A DNA stretch of 64,000 nucleotides from Chloroflexota bacterium (lineage in GTDB: Bacteria > Chloroflexota > Dehalococcoidia > UBA2979). Location of the stretch: the NCBI GenBank assembly GCA_947479915.1, contig CANKAU010000010.1, positions 2,033 to 66,032 of the forward strand, written 5' to 3'. This document shows positions 43,648 through 54,889 of this stretch, piece by piece. The notes beneath the pieces were generated by a model. It was not told the origin of the DNA. It saw nothing but the letters and a program-made list of their open reading frames with translations, and searched no databases. Numbering within the stretch: position 1 is the first letter of the stretch; each line of letters opens with the position of its first letter. The position numbers and the translations under genes are program-made.

Positions 43648-44762
43648 TCACGCTTCGGGCGCAGGGGAAAGCGGGCACGCTCCGCAGCCGCCGCGGGTGC
43701 ACCACAGGTCTTGCAAGTGCAGTAGCCCCTGCGCGTAGAGCACACCCGGCCGGCGCGGCGCAGGTCCGGCGAGGCGGGCGAGCGCTGTCGTCTTGCCGTA
43801 CGGCGCAGGCGTCGGCCACTCCCCCGCCAGGCGCGCCGTCGCGCGCGCGAGGTCGAGGTCGCCGTACTGCGTCGCCGCCGCGATCAGCAGCGGGAGCGCG
43901 GCGTTCCATGCGACCTCGGCCGCGCGGCCCGTGCCGAAGCCCGGCGCGCGCACGCCCTCGATCAGTGCCGTCGGGCGCGCGTCCCGCGCCAGGGTGATCA
44001 GTGTGCCCAGCGGATCGTCACCGAGCATCCTCGCGATCGCCGCGAGGTGCGCGTCGTGCTGTGCCGCCGACTCGTGGCGTCGGCCGGCAGTCGCGCGCAC
44101 CGCGCGATCGAGGAGCTGTGCCCACGCGCCCGGCCAGTCGTAGCGCGCGACCAGCGCGCCCGCCCGCCACGCGCGCTCGGCGAGCCGCCGCTGCCCCTCG
44201 ATACGGACGCGCGCCGCCGCCTCATCGCTGCCGAGCCGAGCGACGAGATCGGCGCACGGCTCCGTGCCGCTGCCGGACGGCCCGCGCGCGACGAGCGCCT
44301 CGAGGCGCCGCGGGTCGCCGTGCAACGACGGCGCGATCTCGACGACGGGGGCGTCGCCGCCGAGGTGAGGCGTCGGGGTTCCGCGATCGCCGCCGCGCCA
44401 TCCCGCGGGTCGGTCGTCCTCCCACACCACGTGCAGGATGACGCTCGCGTAGGCGGGATCGTCGGCGTGGCCGTGATGGACGAAGTCGGTGGCGCGCAGG
44501 TGCATCTCTACATCGCCCGTGCGCGTCACGCCGCTGGGCAGCAGCACGGTCGCCTCGCGCACGTCGGGGCCGGGACCACGTCCCGCGCGCCCCGGGCGGA
44601 GCAGCGGGAGCGGCAGCGCGCTCGACGGCACGCGACCGAGCAGCCATAGCGCAACGAGCGCCTGCTCCTCCAACGACGCGGTGACGGAGCGAGCGGGCAC
44701 GGGGTGCCTCGACGCGTCGTAGGACGGCGACGCCTCGCGGAGCGCGGGTGCGGCGCCGTTCA
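43648..44762 (-). CDS. hypothetical protein (about 371 aa) with C-terminal Cys-rich motif, translationally coupled to the upstream XRE regulator
   Basis: GTG start overlaps the stop of the HTH gene (GTGA). C-terminal CTRGGCGACPL. Possibly DUF2851-like, but I cannot confirm this from sequence alone. Confidence 0.45.
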
Positions 44763-45014
44763 CGCGTCTGGCTCGCGCACGTCGTAGATGCCGGAGGCCT
44801 CGGCGACCATGCGCAGTAGCCGGCGCGACATGCGGCGAGGTGTGCGCGTGCCGGTCTCCCACTCGGAGATCGTCTGTTGGCGGGTGCCGACGCGCTCTGC
44901 CAGTTCCGCCTGCGACAGCCCCAGGCGCGCGCGCAGTCGCTGCACGGACGCGGGCGACCAGTCGCCCTCGGCGCTGCCGCCGGAGAGATCGGGGGCAGCG
45001 GGCTCCTCGCTCAT
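44760..45014 (-). CDS. XRE-family helix-turn-helix transcriptional regulator (84 aa)
   Basis: LRARLGLSQAELAERVGTRQQTISEWETGTRTP is a canonical HTH_XRE. Confidence 0.7.
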   Translation of the reverse strand: MSEEPAAPDLSGGSAEGDWSPASVQRLRARLGLSQAELAERVGTRQQTISEWETGTRTPRRMSRRLLRMVAEASGIYDVREPDA

Positions 45015-45086
45015 GCCGGCATGATACACGAAATCGTGTAACCGCCGGGGCTTCGCGAAGGTTGCGGGATTCCTGCACGGAGGGGG

Positions 45087-45113
45087 TTGGCACTCTCCCA
45101 TGGCGAGTGCTAA
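45087..45113. promoter_or_regulatory. CIRCE operator (HrcA binding site) upstream of groES
   Basis: TTGGCACTC-tcccatggc-GAGTGCTAA equals the consensus TTAGCACTC-N9-GAGTGCTAA with one mismatch. Confidence 0.85.
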
Positions 45114-45215
45114 CATCCCGCCACATCGAAGAGATGGCAGACGTGTACGCACGGGCCGCGGCGGTCACAGTGCGATGCGCAGAACAACCCCAACCTCAGC
45201 AAGGAGACTGGTGCT

Positions 45216-45545
45216 TTGGCGACGAACGTTGTCCCGATGACGGACCACATTGTGCTGAAGGCGGTTGAGCAGGAAGAGATCACGGCCTCCGGCCTGGTCA
45301 TCCCCGACTCCGCCAAGGAGGCTCCGCAGCACGGCAACGTGGTCGCGGTGGGCCCGGGCAAGGTCAACGAGCAGGGCCAGATGGAAACCATCGAGCTCAA
45401 GGCCGGCGACCACATCCTGTACCAGAAGTACACGGGCCAGGAAGTCACGGTGGACTCGCAGGACTACATCGTGATCCGCTTCCAGGACGTGCTCGCGCGC
45501 CTGGAGGACGTCAAGGCGCCCGCGGCGGCCGCGAAGAAGAAGTAG
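45216..45545 (+). CDS. groES: co-chaperonin GroES
   Basis: MATNVVPMTDHIVLKAVEQEEITASGLVIPDSAKEAPQHGNVVAVGPG... AAGGAGA RBS 8 nt upstream of the TTG start. Confidence 0.93.
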   Translation: MATNVVPMTDHIVLKAVEQEEITASGLVIPDSAKEAPQHGNVVAVGPGKVNEQGQMETIELKAGDHILYQKYTGQEVTVDSQDYIVIRFQDVLARLEDVKAPAAAAKKK

Positions 45546-45567
45546 CGCGAGCCGCGTGCTCGCCTGA

Positions 45568-47294
<1,727 letters not shown>

Positions 47295-47295
<1 letters not shown>

Positions 47296-47349
47296 CCCTC
47301 GACCCGTCGAGGTGCATGAACCGCAGGGGCCGCCGCAAGGCGGCCCCTG
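47295..47349. repeat. double-hairpin repeat element directly after the groEL stop (family A, copy 2) / terminator
   Basis: gccctcgacccgtcgaggtgcatgaaccgcaggggccgccgcaaggcggcccctg followed by tcgttgtcc. Confidence 0.55.
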
Positions 47350-47755
47350 TCGTTGTCCGCGCGATCGCGGGCCCGTGCCTCGCTCGGGCAAGGATGTCGG
47401 GTTCAAAAGCACCGCGGCCCACCCTGCCATTCCCGGTGCAGGAGGGGGCTCTGCAGAATACGTGAGGAGCTGCGTCCCCCCCACCCCGCAGAGACGGAAC
47501 GGCCGCCGAGTGTTGGGAGCGCGAGGGCAAAGCCCTCGCCATTCATCCCCCTTGCCGCCGGGAAGGGGGGCAAGGGCGAGGGCAGCCCGCGCCCGCACCT
47601 CGACGACGCGCACGTCGATGGCCGTCCCGCGCGCCGTCCTCGGCGCCAGCCGCCAGCGAAGACCCTACGGAGGCATCTGCTATAACTAACGCGACCCATG
47701 CAGCGGCGACGCCAGCTCCCTCTATGAGCGCGCGCCGACTCGAAAGGCCTGTCCT

Positions 47756-48841
47756 GTGGTGACTGAGATCGTTCCCGGGCTCTTCCGCCTGAGCATCCCG
47801 ATGACCGCTGGCGGCCTCGGCTGGACCACCCCGTACGTCTTCCGCGGCAACGACGGCCTGACGCTCTTCGACTGCGGCTACGGCACGCGTGGGGCGATCG
47901 AGGCACTCACCGAGCAAATCGGCGAGTTGGACGGGAAGATCGCCGACATCAAGCGGCTGTTCGTCTCGCACGCGCACCCCGACCACCTCGGCATGGCCAA
48001 GTGGATCAAGGACCAGGCGCCGGGCTGCGAGCTGGTGATGATGGGTTCGGAGCGCTTCACCTACGGCCAGATCCACCACCGTGACCCGCAGCAGGCCGAG
48101 CGCGACAGCAACGCGTGGGCGCTCAAGCACGGCCTCGACATGACGATCGACCTCAAGATCGAGGACGACGGGCCGCGCCGCTGGATCAACGAAGAGCGCG
48201 AGCTCGACAAGGAGATCGAGGCGCGGCGTCGGGGGAACAGCGACACCGCGACGACCGTCGAGATGGCCACGCGCACCCTCGGCCGCATCGAGCCGGACGT
48301 CCGGCTGCACGACGGCGACGAGTACTCGTTCGACGGGTGGTCCCTGAAGGCGGTGTGGACGCCGGGGCACACCCCGGGCCACCTCTGCATCTACGACCCG
48401 AAGCGCAAGTTCACCTTCACCGGCGACCACGTGCTCTCGCGTATCACCCCCAACGTCTCGCTGGCCTCCGAGGACGAGGAGATCGGTCGCTCGCCGCTGC
48501 GCGAGTTCCGCGCGTCGCTGCAGAAGGTCGCCGACCTCGACAGCGAACTCGGGCTGCCGGCGCATCAGGACACGATCGCCGACCTGCCGAAGCGCTGCCT
48601 CGAGATCCTCGAGCACCACGACGAGCGACTGGACGAGGTGTACAACGCGCTGGGTGGCCGCATCAGCGCCGCCGAGGTCGCCGAGAACGTGGAGTGGAGC
48701 AAGCCCTACGAGACGTTCAGCATCTTCAAGCGCCGCGCAGCGCTCGGCGAGACGCTGTCGCACCTGCAGGTGCTCGTCGAGGACGGCCGCGTTCGTCGCG
48801 TAGAGCTGGCCGACAACCGCGTCGTCTGGGAGCACGTCTAG
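47756..48841 (+). CDS. MBL-fold metallo-hydrolase
   Basis: VSHAHPDHLG (HxHxDH) plus downstream TPGHTPGH. Confidence 0.8.
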   Translation: MVTEIVPGLFRLSIPMTAGGLGWTTPYVFRGNDGLTLFDCGYGTRGAIEALTEQIGELDGKIADIKRLFVSHAHPDHLGMAKWIKDQAPGCELVMMGSERFTYGQIHHRDPQQAERDSNAWALKHGLDMTIDLKIEDDGPRRWINEERELDKEIEARRRGNSDTATTVEMATRTLGRIEPDVRLHDGDEYSFDGWSLKAVWTPGHTPGHLCIYDPKRKFTFTGDHVLSRITPNVSLASEDEEIGRSPLREFRASLQKVADLDSELGLPAHQDTIADLPKRCLEILEHHDERLDEVYNALGGRISAAEVAENVEWSKPYETFSIFKRRAALGETLSHLQVLVEDGRVRRVELADNRVVWEHV

Positions 48842-48887
48842 CCAGTACCGCTGTCATGCCGAGTGGGGCGTCGGCCTTCCGCCGCCC

Positions 48888-49700
48888 CTACCTCGACAGC
48901 TCGCGGCCGAGGAACTCCCGCGTCAGCGCCGTCGACTCGTCCGGCGCGGCGTCGTGCAGGCCGGTGAACGCGACGAGCCGCTTGTTGCTGGTGCCGACGA
49001 GGTCGAACAGCGCCAGCGATCCAGCGCGGTCGAACTGCTCGTCGTCCCACTGCATCACCCACATCACCGGGCACGCGATGCGCGGAGCGGCAGCCTCGAG
49101 GTTCGCGGCGACGCTCGTTCCGTCGACGCCCGCACCGGTGAGCCCGACCAGTCCGAGGACGGCCGCGCGGATCAGCGGTTCCTCTGCGATGAACGGCAGG
49201 CCGAGCATGCTGCCCATCGACAGCCCCCAGTAGCCGATGCGCCTGGCGTCGACCTGCGGCAGCGCGGCGAGTGTGCGCGTGACGGCGCGCCACTGCGTCA
49301 CGGACTGCTCGATGACTCCGGGGCGCTGCCACAGCGCACGGAAGGCGGGGTCGTCAGCACCCTCGACGCGAGAGGACAGCGGGCCGCGCTCGCCGTGCTC
49401 GATCTGATCGATGGACGCTGCGAGCACGCCCTGCCGCCGCGCGAGCCGACGGCCGATCGCGGCCATGCGGTCCGATCGCTTGTGGGACTGCCCGCCGTGC
49501 CCCATCAGGACGAGCGGCAGCGGGCGCGTGTCGTCCTCGGCGCGGACGGGCGCCCACAGCACGCCCGGGATGCGCTCGCTGCCGTAGGCATCCTCGACGT
49601 CGATCGTGAAGCCGCGCTCCACGACGCCGGGGTCGGCGATCGGCGCGTCGCGCCACGCGAAGCCCTCGGGCAGATCGTGGTCGGGGGCGGTCGAGGTCAT
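48888..49700 (-). CDS. alpha/beta hydrolase (dienelactone-hydrolase-like)
   Basis: GYWGLSMGSMLG (GxSxG nucleophile elbow); start taken at MTSTAPDHDLPEGF. Confidence 0.65.
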   Translation of the reverse strand: MTSTAPDHDLPEGFAWRDAPIADPGVVERGFTIDVEDAYGSERIPGVLWAPVRAEDDTRPLPLVLMGHGGQSHKRSDRMAAIGRRLARRQGVLAASIDQIEHGERGPLSSRVEGADDPAFRALWQRPGVIEQSVTQWRAVTRTLAALPQVDARRIGYWGLSMGSMLGLPFIAEEPLIRAAVLGLVGLTGAGVDGTSVAANLEAAAPRIACPVMWVMQWDDEQFDRAGSLALFDLVGTSNKRLVAFTGLHDAAPDESTALTREFLGRELSR

Positions 49701-49761
49701 GCGATGCGTCTCATGCGATGAGTCTAGCGACGCGCGATGAGAGCGGGCCGAGGCAGCGCGG

Positions 49762-50210
49762 TTACGCCTGGTAGCGGAAGGCCCCGAACGCCTCGGCGCC
49801 CGCGCGGAACGCGGCGCGCTCGACGTCGGTCGCGAGCGTCTCGAGCGCTTCGTCGAGTCTGAGCGCGGCAACGGCCTCGATCAGCGCGTCGGGCGCGGGC
49901 TCACCGGAGACCTCGACGGCGACGGGCTGAAGCCAGCCGAGCATGGGGCCGCCCCCACGCGGGTGCGCCATGCGCACCGCGACCCGCTCGGTCGCGAGCT
50001 GCGGCGTGCCGACCACGCGCACGTGCATCCGCCCGCGCAGCAGTGACTCGATGCCCTCGACGAAGCCTTCATGCTCGGACGGGGGAAGCGTGGAGATCAT
50101 CGTCGGGTGCGGCCAGTCGCCCCACTGCGCGAACAGGAAGCGCCCATCTTCGACGCGACGCGCGACGAGGATGAAGCGCTCCGGATCGGCGGCGGCGACG
50201 AACGGCTGCA
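49762..50210 (-). CDS. hypothetical protein (149 aa) immediately downstream of the M16 peptidase
   Basis: ORF MQPFVAAADPERFILVARRVEDGRF...; 3-nt gap after the peptidase stop, consistent with co-transcription. Confidence 0.4.
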
Positions 50211-50213
50211 TCG

Positions 50214-51506
50214 CTAGTTCCCCAGCGAGAACGCGGTGCCCAGCGGCTCGGCGTCGACGGTGCCGACGATCGACAGGTGCAGGGCGTCCTCGCGGATCAC
50301 GCGCGCGGCCACGCGGCGGATGTCCTCGACGGTGACGGCCTGCGAGCGGGCGAGCGCCTCCTCGGGCGTGCGCATCGGCAGGCCGAGGACGGCGAGCGAG
50401 CCGTACATCGCGGACACAGAGCGCGTGTCCTCGAGGCGCAACTGCGTGCGCGATCGCGACACGGCCTTCGCGCGCGCGAGCTCGTCCTCGGCGACCGGCG
50501 CGAGCGAGCGCATCAGTTCGCGCGAGATCTCGCGGACGGTCTCCGTGGTGTTGTCGGGGTCGACGCCGGCGTAGATGCCGAACATGCCCGTGTCCAGCAG
50601 CGTCGACATGTACGAGTGAATGTCGTAGCAGAGCCCGAGCTCCTCGCGCAGTCGCGAGAACAGTCGCGAGGACATGCCCTCGCCGAGGATGATCGAGAAC
50701 AGGTCGAGCGCGTAGCGGTCCTCGTCCGTGGAGCACAGGCCGCGCATGCCGATCGCGACGTGCGCCTGCTCCGTGTCCTTCTCGAGGAGCGCGATACGCG
50801 GGCCGCGCGGCTCGTCCGTGTTGCGCACCCAGTCGTGCGGTGTGCCCGGCGCCCAGTCGCCGAAGTGCCGCTCGATGAGCTCGCGACCGGCCTCGACCGA
50901 GATCGCGCCGGCGAGCGAGACGACGGTCGCGTTCGGGACGTACTGGCGGTGGTAGTAGTCGACGATGCGCGGGTTCGGCATCTCGCTCACGGACTGATCC
51001 GTGCCCGCGACGTCGCGGCCGTGCGGCTGGCCCGGCCACAGCTGCTGATCCAGCAGCACGCTGACCTGCTCGGTCGGGGAGTCCTCGACGGCGGCGAGCT
51101 CCTCGAGGATCACGCCGCGCTCGCGCTCGATCTCGGAGTCGATGAGCGTCGAGTTGCGCAGCATGTCGGCGAGGACGTCGGTCGCCTGCTCCAGGTGCTC
51201 GGGGGTGACCTTCGCGTAGTAGACGGTGAGCTCGCGGTTCGTCGCGGCGTTGATGTTGCCGCCGATCGCGTCCAGCTCCATGGAGATGTCCAGCGGCTTC
51301 GGCCGGCGCACCGTCCCCTTGAAGCACAGGTGCTCCAGGAAGTGCGACAGGCCCGCGTCCGCCTCGGCGGGTTCGTAGCGCGAGCCGGCGGCGAAGTAGA
51401 CGGAGATCGACACCGAGCGCGCGTACGGCATCGGCGTGACCAGGAGCCGGAGGCCGTTGCTCAGCGTGTGGGTGACCGGCGCAAGCGTGAAGGCGTCAGT
51501 CGCCAC
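50214..51506 (-). CDS. M16 family (pitrilysin/insulinase-like) zinc peptidase
   Basis: Inverted zinc motif HFLEH (HxxEH) near the N-terminus; overall M16 architecture. Confidence 0.85.
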   Translation of the reverse strand: MATDAFTLAPVTHTLSNGLRLLVTPMPYARSVSISVYFAAGSRYEPAEADAGLSHFLEHLCFKGTVRRPKPLDISMELDAIGGNINAATNRELTVYYAKVTPEHLEQATDVLADMLRNSTLIDSEIERERGVILEELAAVEDSPTEQVSVLLDQQLWPGQPHGRDVAGTDQSVSEMPNPRIVDYYHRQYVPNATVVSLAGAISVEAGRELIERHFGDWAPGTPHDWVRNTDEPRGPRIALLEKDTEQAHVAIGMRGLCSTDEDRYALDLFSIILGEGMSSRLFSRLREELGLCYDIHSYMSTLLDTGMFGIYAGVDPDNTTETVREISRELMRSLAPVAEDELARAKAVSRSRTQLRLEDTRSVSAMYGSLAVLGLPMRTPEEALARSQAVTVEDIRRVAARVIREDALHLSIVGTVDAEPLGTAFSLGN

Positions 51507-51626
51507 GGGACTCCAGGTGGATCGTCACGGTACGGGGTTCGAGGGATCGTAGCCGCCTCGTCCCGGCGGTTCAACGGACGACGACCGGCGACCAGCCGCC
51601 CCATCACGTCTGTGCGAGTCCGCGCG

Positions 51627-52275
51627 CTACGACTCCAGCCAGAGCACGTCGCCGGCGAGGTCGCTCGGGTGGGGCTTCGCGGCGAACGCGGCGTATTCCT
51701 CGGCGGCCTGCGCGATGGTCGTCGTGCCGCCGTGACCGGGGAGCACCAGCGTGTCGGGCTGCATGGTGAACAGGTGCTGGCGGATGGAGGCGATCTCCTG
51801 CTGGAGCGCCTCGTTGCTGCGGGTGCGGCCGGGGCCGCCGGGGAAGAGCGTGTCACCGGTCAGCACCGCCCCGCCGAAGTGCAGGCAGATCGACCCGGGC
51901 GTGTGCCCCGGCGTGTGCAGCACGCGCACCGTGGCCCCGCCGACGTCGAATGTGTCGCCGTGCGCGGCCGGCAGGATCTGCTTCGACGCGTCGAGGTCCA
52001 CCTCCTCCGCGCCGGCGAAGACGGGCGCGTCTGTGGCGGCGCGCAGCACATCGAAGCCGAGCCAGTGGTCGAAGTGGCCGTGCGTCACCACGATGCGCTC
52101 GATCTTGCGGCGCCCGACGGCCTCGAGGATCGCCTCGGCGCCCTCGGGCGCGTCCACGATCGTGACCGCGCCGCGGTTCGGGCCGCTGAGGATGTACGCG
52201 TTGTTCCCGTAGGAACCGATGTTCGCGACGACCTCCACGAGGTATCGCCCGTCGCCGTATGCGCGCTCCGCCATG
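51627..52275 (-). CDS. MBL-fold metallo-hydrolase (glyoxalase II-like)
   Basis: VVTHGHFDHWLG...HTPGHTPGS motifs; start taken at MAERAYG. Confidence 0.8.
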
Positions 52276-52347
52276 TGTCGTCTCCCCTCGCTCGTCGCCG
52301 TCACGCTCGGCAGGGCGAGCCTACTCCTTCGCGCGGTGCTCGCGCGT

Positions 52348-53376
52348 TTAGGCCGACGGCGCGGTGCCGAGGCCCACGCGCGCGCCGCCTCGACGCGACT
52401 CGCGCCACGCGAGGCCGTCCGCGACGAGCGCCGCGAGCAGCCGCCGCGCGCGCTCCGGGTCGTCGAGGCCCGCCGTCGCGAGGCGCGTGAGCAGCGCGCG
52501 CTCGGTCACGCTCGCGCCGCCCTCGGCGTGCGCGTCGCGCAGCGCCTGCATCAGCGCGCCGCGCCACTGGCGATCCGATCCGTCGAAGCGGCCCTGCGCG
52601 CGCACCGGCTCGGCGGTCTCGCCCGCGGCGAAGCGCGGCCGAGCCGCGCAGATCGAGGCGATGACGCACGCCTCGCAGCGCGGGCGAGGGAGGCAGACGT
52701 GCCCGCCGTAGTCCATGAGCGCCGGGTTCCAGCGCGCGCCCTGCCCCGCGGGGAACAGCCGCGCCGCCGCCGCTTCGATGCGTGCCGTCGAGGTCTCTCG
52801 CGCCGGCTGCAGGTCGCCGTACACGACGCGCCCGATGACGCGGACGATGTTCGTGTCGATCGCGGGGGCGTCGTCGCCCCAGCCGAATGTGAGCACGATC
52901 GCCGCGGTGAACGGCCCCACCCCGGGCAGCGCGAGCAGCGCCGCGAGGTCGCGAGGCAGCCCGCCGCCGTGCCCGCCCTCTGCGACCGGGGCCATGCAGC
53001 GGATCGCCGTCTCGTGCAGCGCGACGGCGCGACGCGGGTAGCCCGCCCGCCCCCACACGCGCAGCACCTCCGCGCGGTCGGCCCGTGCGAGGGCGGCGAT
53101 CGTGGGGAACGCCGCCATCCAGCGCTCGTGGACCTCGATCACCCGCGCCATCTGCGTCTGCTGCGCGGCCACCGCCGCGACGAGCGCGGAGTACGGGTCG
53201 CCGCCCGTGCGCCACGCGAACGGCTGCTCGTGCTCGGCGTACCAGTCGAGCAGGCTTCGCCTGATTCGGCGCACGCGAGCGGGCGTCAGCGCATCGAGCG
53301 GTGTCGGCTCCGCGGGCACGGGCGTGGCGCGCGCGCGTGGCGACGCGGAGCGAGAGGTCGAGGGCTTCGGGGTCAC
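52348..53376 (-). CDS. mutY: A/G-specific adenine glycosylase-like HhH-GPD base-excision enzyme with 4Fe-4S loop
   Basis: LLDWYAEHEQPFAWR...LPGVGPFTAAIV...CLPRPRCEACVIASIC (FCL cluster loop). Start codon uncertain; no obvious NUDIX-type C-terminal domain. Confidence 0.75.
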   Translation of the reverse strand: MTPKPSTSRSASPRARATPVPAEPTPLDALTPARVRRIRRSLLDWYAEHEQPFAWRTGGDPYSALVAAVAAQQTQMARVIEVHERWMAAFPTIAALARADRAEVLRVWGRAGYPRRAVALHETAIRCMAPVAEGGHGGGLPRDLAALLALPGVGPFTAAIVLTFGWGDDAPAIDTNIVRVIGRVVYGDLQPARETSTARIEAAAARLFPAGQGARWNPALMDYGGHVCLPRPRCEACVIASICAARPRFAAGETAEPVRAQGRFDGSDRQWRGALMQALRDAHAEGGASVTERALLTRLATAGLDDPERARRLLAALVADGLAWRESRRGGARVGLGTAPSA

Positions 53377-53386
53377 GAGGACGAGG

Positions 53387-53626
53387 CTACTCGCCCGGCT
53401 CCACCACGCACCACCGCTCCAGGAACCCGGCGCGCCCGTACGACCTCGTGTCGGTCGGCACCGTCTCGTCGAGCTGCCGGAGCATCAGCGCGAGCTGCTG
53501 CCGTACGTACTCCACGTCCCCGCGCGTCCACTCCGCCGGCAGCCGCACTTCGACGCTCCGCCCCTCCTCGAGGGGGAAGCGCAGGAGGATGGTGGGTTCG
53601 GGGGTGGGAGAGGGTAGATCACTCAT
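53387..53626 (-). CDS. small protein (79 aa) translationally coupled to the DUF4062-domain gene
   Basis: The ATG lies inside an ATGAGTGA junction shared with the stop of the upstream gene. Sequence MSDLPSPTPEPTILLRFPLEEGRSVEVRLPAEWTRGDVEYVRQQL.... Host-like high GC. Confidence 0.45.
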   Translation of the reverse strand: MSDLPSPTPEPTILLRFPLEEGRSVEVRLPAEWTRGDVEYVRQQLALMLRQLDETVPTDTRSYGRAGFLERWCVVEPGE

Positions 53627-54716
53627 CGGACGTTTCGGGTTCCACGTTATCCTCAGGAACCGACGTGTCGGGGTCGGAAATGGAGGCGGTTCGCATTGCT
53701 CTGATCTGAGTCATGCGATGGTCACCATATGGAGTGAGCTTCCAGTAGGTGGACGTGTCCTTAACACTGCGAGATCTGACGCTCTCGGTGATGAGCCCCA
53801 ATGCGCGGAACTGGACCACACACGTGTCGATGCTCTTCTGCTCCACCTGGAAGCTCGTGGGCCTCCGACGCAGCAGCGCCGGCAGATCCTGAACCTTCTC
53901 GCGACAGATCGGTTCACAGAAGGCGAGCAGGGCGCCGCGGAGTTGGACGTCGCTTGCTTCGTTGATCAAAGTCGGCGACACAGCCACGAAGATTTCGTCC
54001 CACGTCACCGAAATGCTTGTTCGGAATCCTGTACGGACATAAGTGACCGGATCTACCGTCTGGAAGGTCATTCTGAGACTGAAGCTGTCGTCCCCACTGG
54101 CTAGGCCGTGGGCTTCAGGTGGAGCCGTCACACGAACATCGTTCAGCGACTTCTCGAGTTCCGCGATTCGGTTTCTCAAGGTCAGCACCTCGCCGATTGT
54201 CGCGTCGGTAGGAACTTGATCGGCACGGATCCACCCAGACGCCGGGGAGGCATTCACAGCGGCGATCAAGCCGAGAATCACCTTGGCTTCAAGCTCCTCT
54301 GCGGTAGCCCACAACGCGCAGTGGTGTCTTGATTCGACCTTCTTTCGGAAGACCTCAAGCTTCTGCCACGAGTCTTCGGTAGTCTCAGTCTTCTCTCTCG
54401 CCAGTTTCTCCGGGGAGCGATGTAAGAGCGCTATTACTGGCTTCTTCTGGGAAACGGCGTAGTCGTACTCCCGTTCCGTGTAGCCGACACCATCGCCGCC
54501 GAGCGATCCGTAGCGTCCGCCCATGATGAGGACGTAGTAGTCCGACTCGTCAATCACTCGCTGAATTAAAGACCACGCCGACTCGTCGGACGCAGGGAAA
54601 AGCTCCATCCCGGCGGGCATGTGGTTGGTGCCCAAGATGCCGCGGACGGCGGCTTGCCGTTCCTCGCGAAGATCGAGGAAGGTCGAACTCACGAAGACCT
54701 GAAAGCGCTTGTCCAT
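53619..54716 (-). CDS. DUF4062-like N-terminal domain protein with uncharacterised C-terminal domain, in a low-GC island
   Basis: MDKRFQVFVSSTFLDLREERQAAVRGILGTNHMPAGMELFPASDESAWSLIQRVIDESDYYVLIMGGRYG matches the DUF4062 (PF13271) signature (FxSSTFxDL...R, acidic ELF). GGAGG RBS 4 nt before the ATG. The 100-nt sample 54001-54100 is 53% GC versus 69% at 55001-55100 (hand counts), and third-position A/T codons are frequent, unlike neighbouring genes. Confidence 0.7.
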   Translation of the reverse strand: MDKRFQVFVSSTFLDLREERQAAVRGILGTNHMPAGMELFPASDESAWSLIQRVIDESDYYVLIMGGRYGSLGGDGVGYTEREYDYAVSQKKPVIALLHRSPEKLAREKTETTEDSWQKLEVFRKKVESRHHCALWATAEELEAKVILGLIAAVNASPASGWIRADQVPTDATIGEVLTLRNRIAELEKSLNDVRVTAPPEAHGLASGDDSFSLRMTFQTVDPVTYVRTGFRTSISVTWDEIFVAVSPTLINEASDVQLRGALLAFCEPICREKVQDLPALLRRRPTSFQVEQKSIDTCVVQFRALGLITESVRSRSVKDTSTYWKLTPYGDHRMTQIRAMRTASISDPDTSVPEDNVEPETSDE

Positions 54717-54889
54717 GAGGCCTCCGGAAGGCCAGAGTAGCACATAAGTGCGATTCTGGTCCTCTCCGCCCCACCCGCCCCCGTGCGATAATGGCGGCCG
54801 ATCGCGCCTCGCGCCGCTTGGGTGCGTCGCGGCGAGGCTGGGCGATCCTCGAGGACTGACGCACCCGCACTGACGCGGGGTTCTGACAC

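Noticed and set aside
49762-51327. 521-aa minus-strand ORF overlapping the M16 peptidase gene
   Set aside because: Out of frame with the HxxEH peptidase. Only its last about 150 codons (49762-50210) lie outside the peptidase gene, and those were kept as a separate hypothetical CDS.
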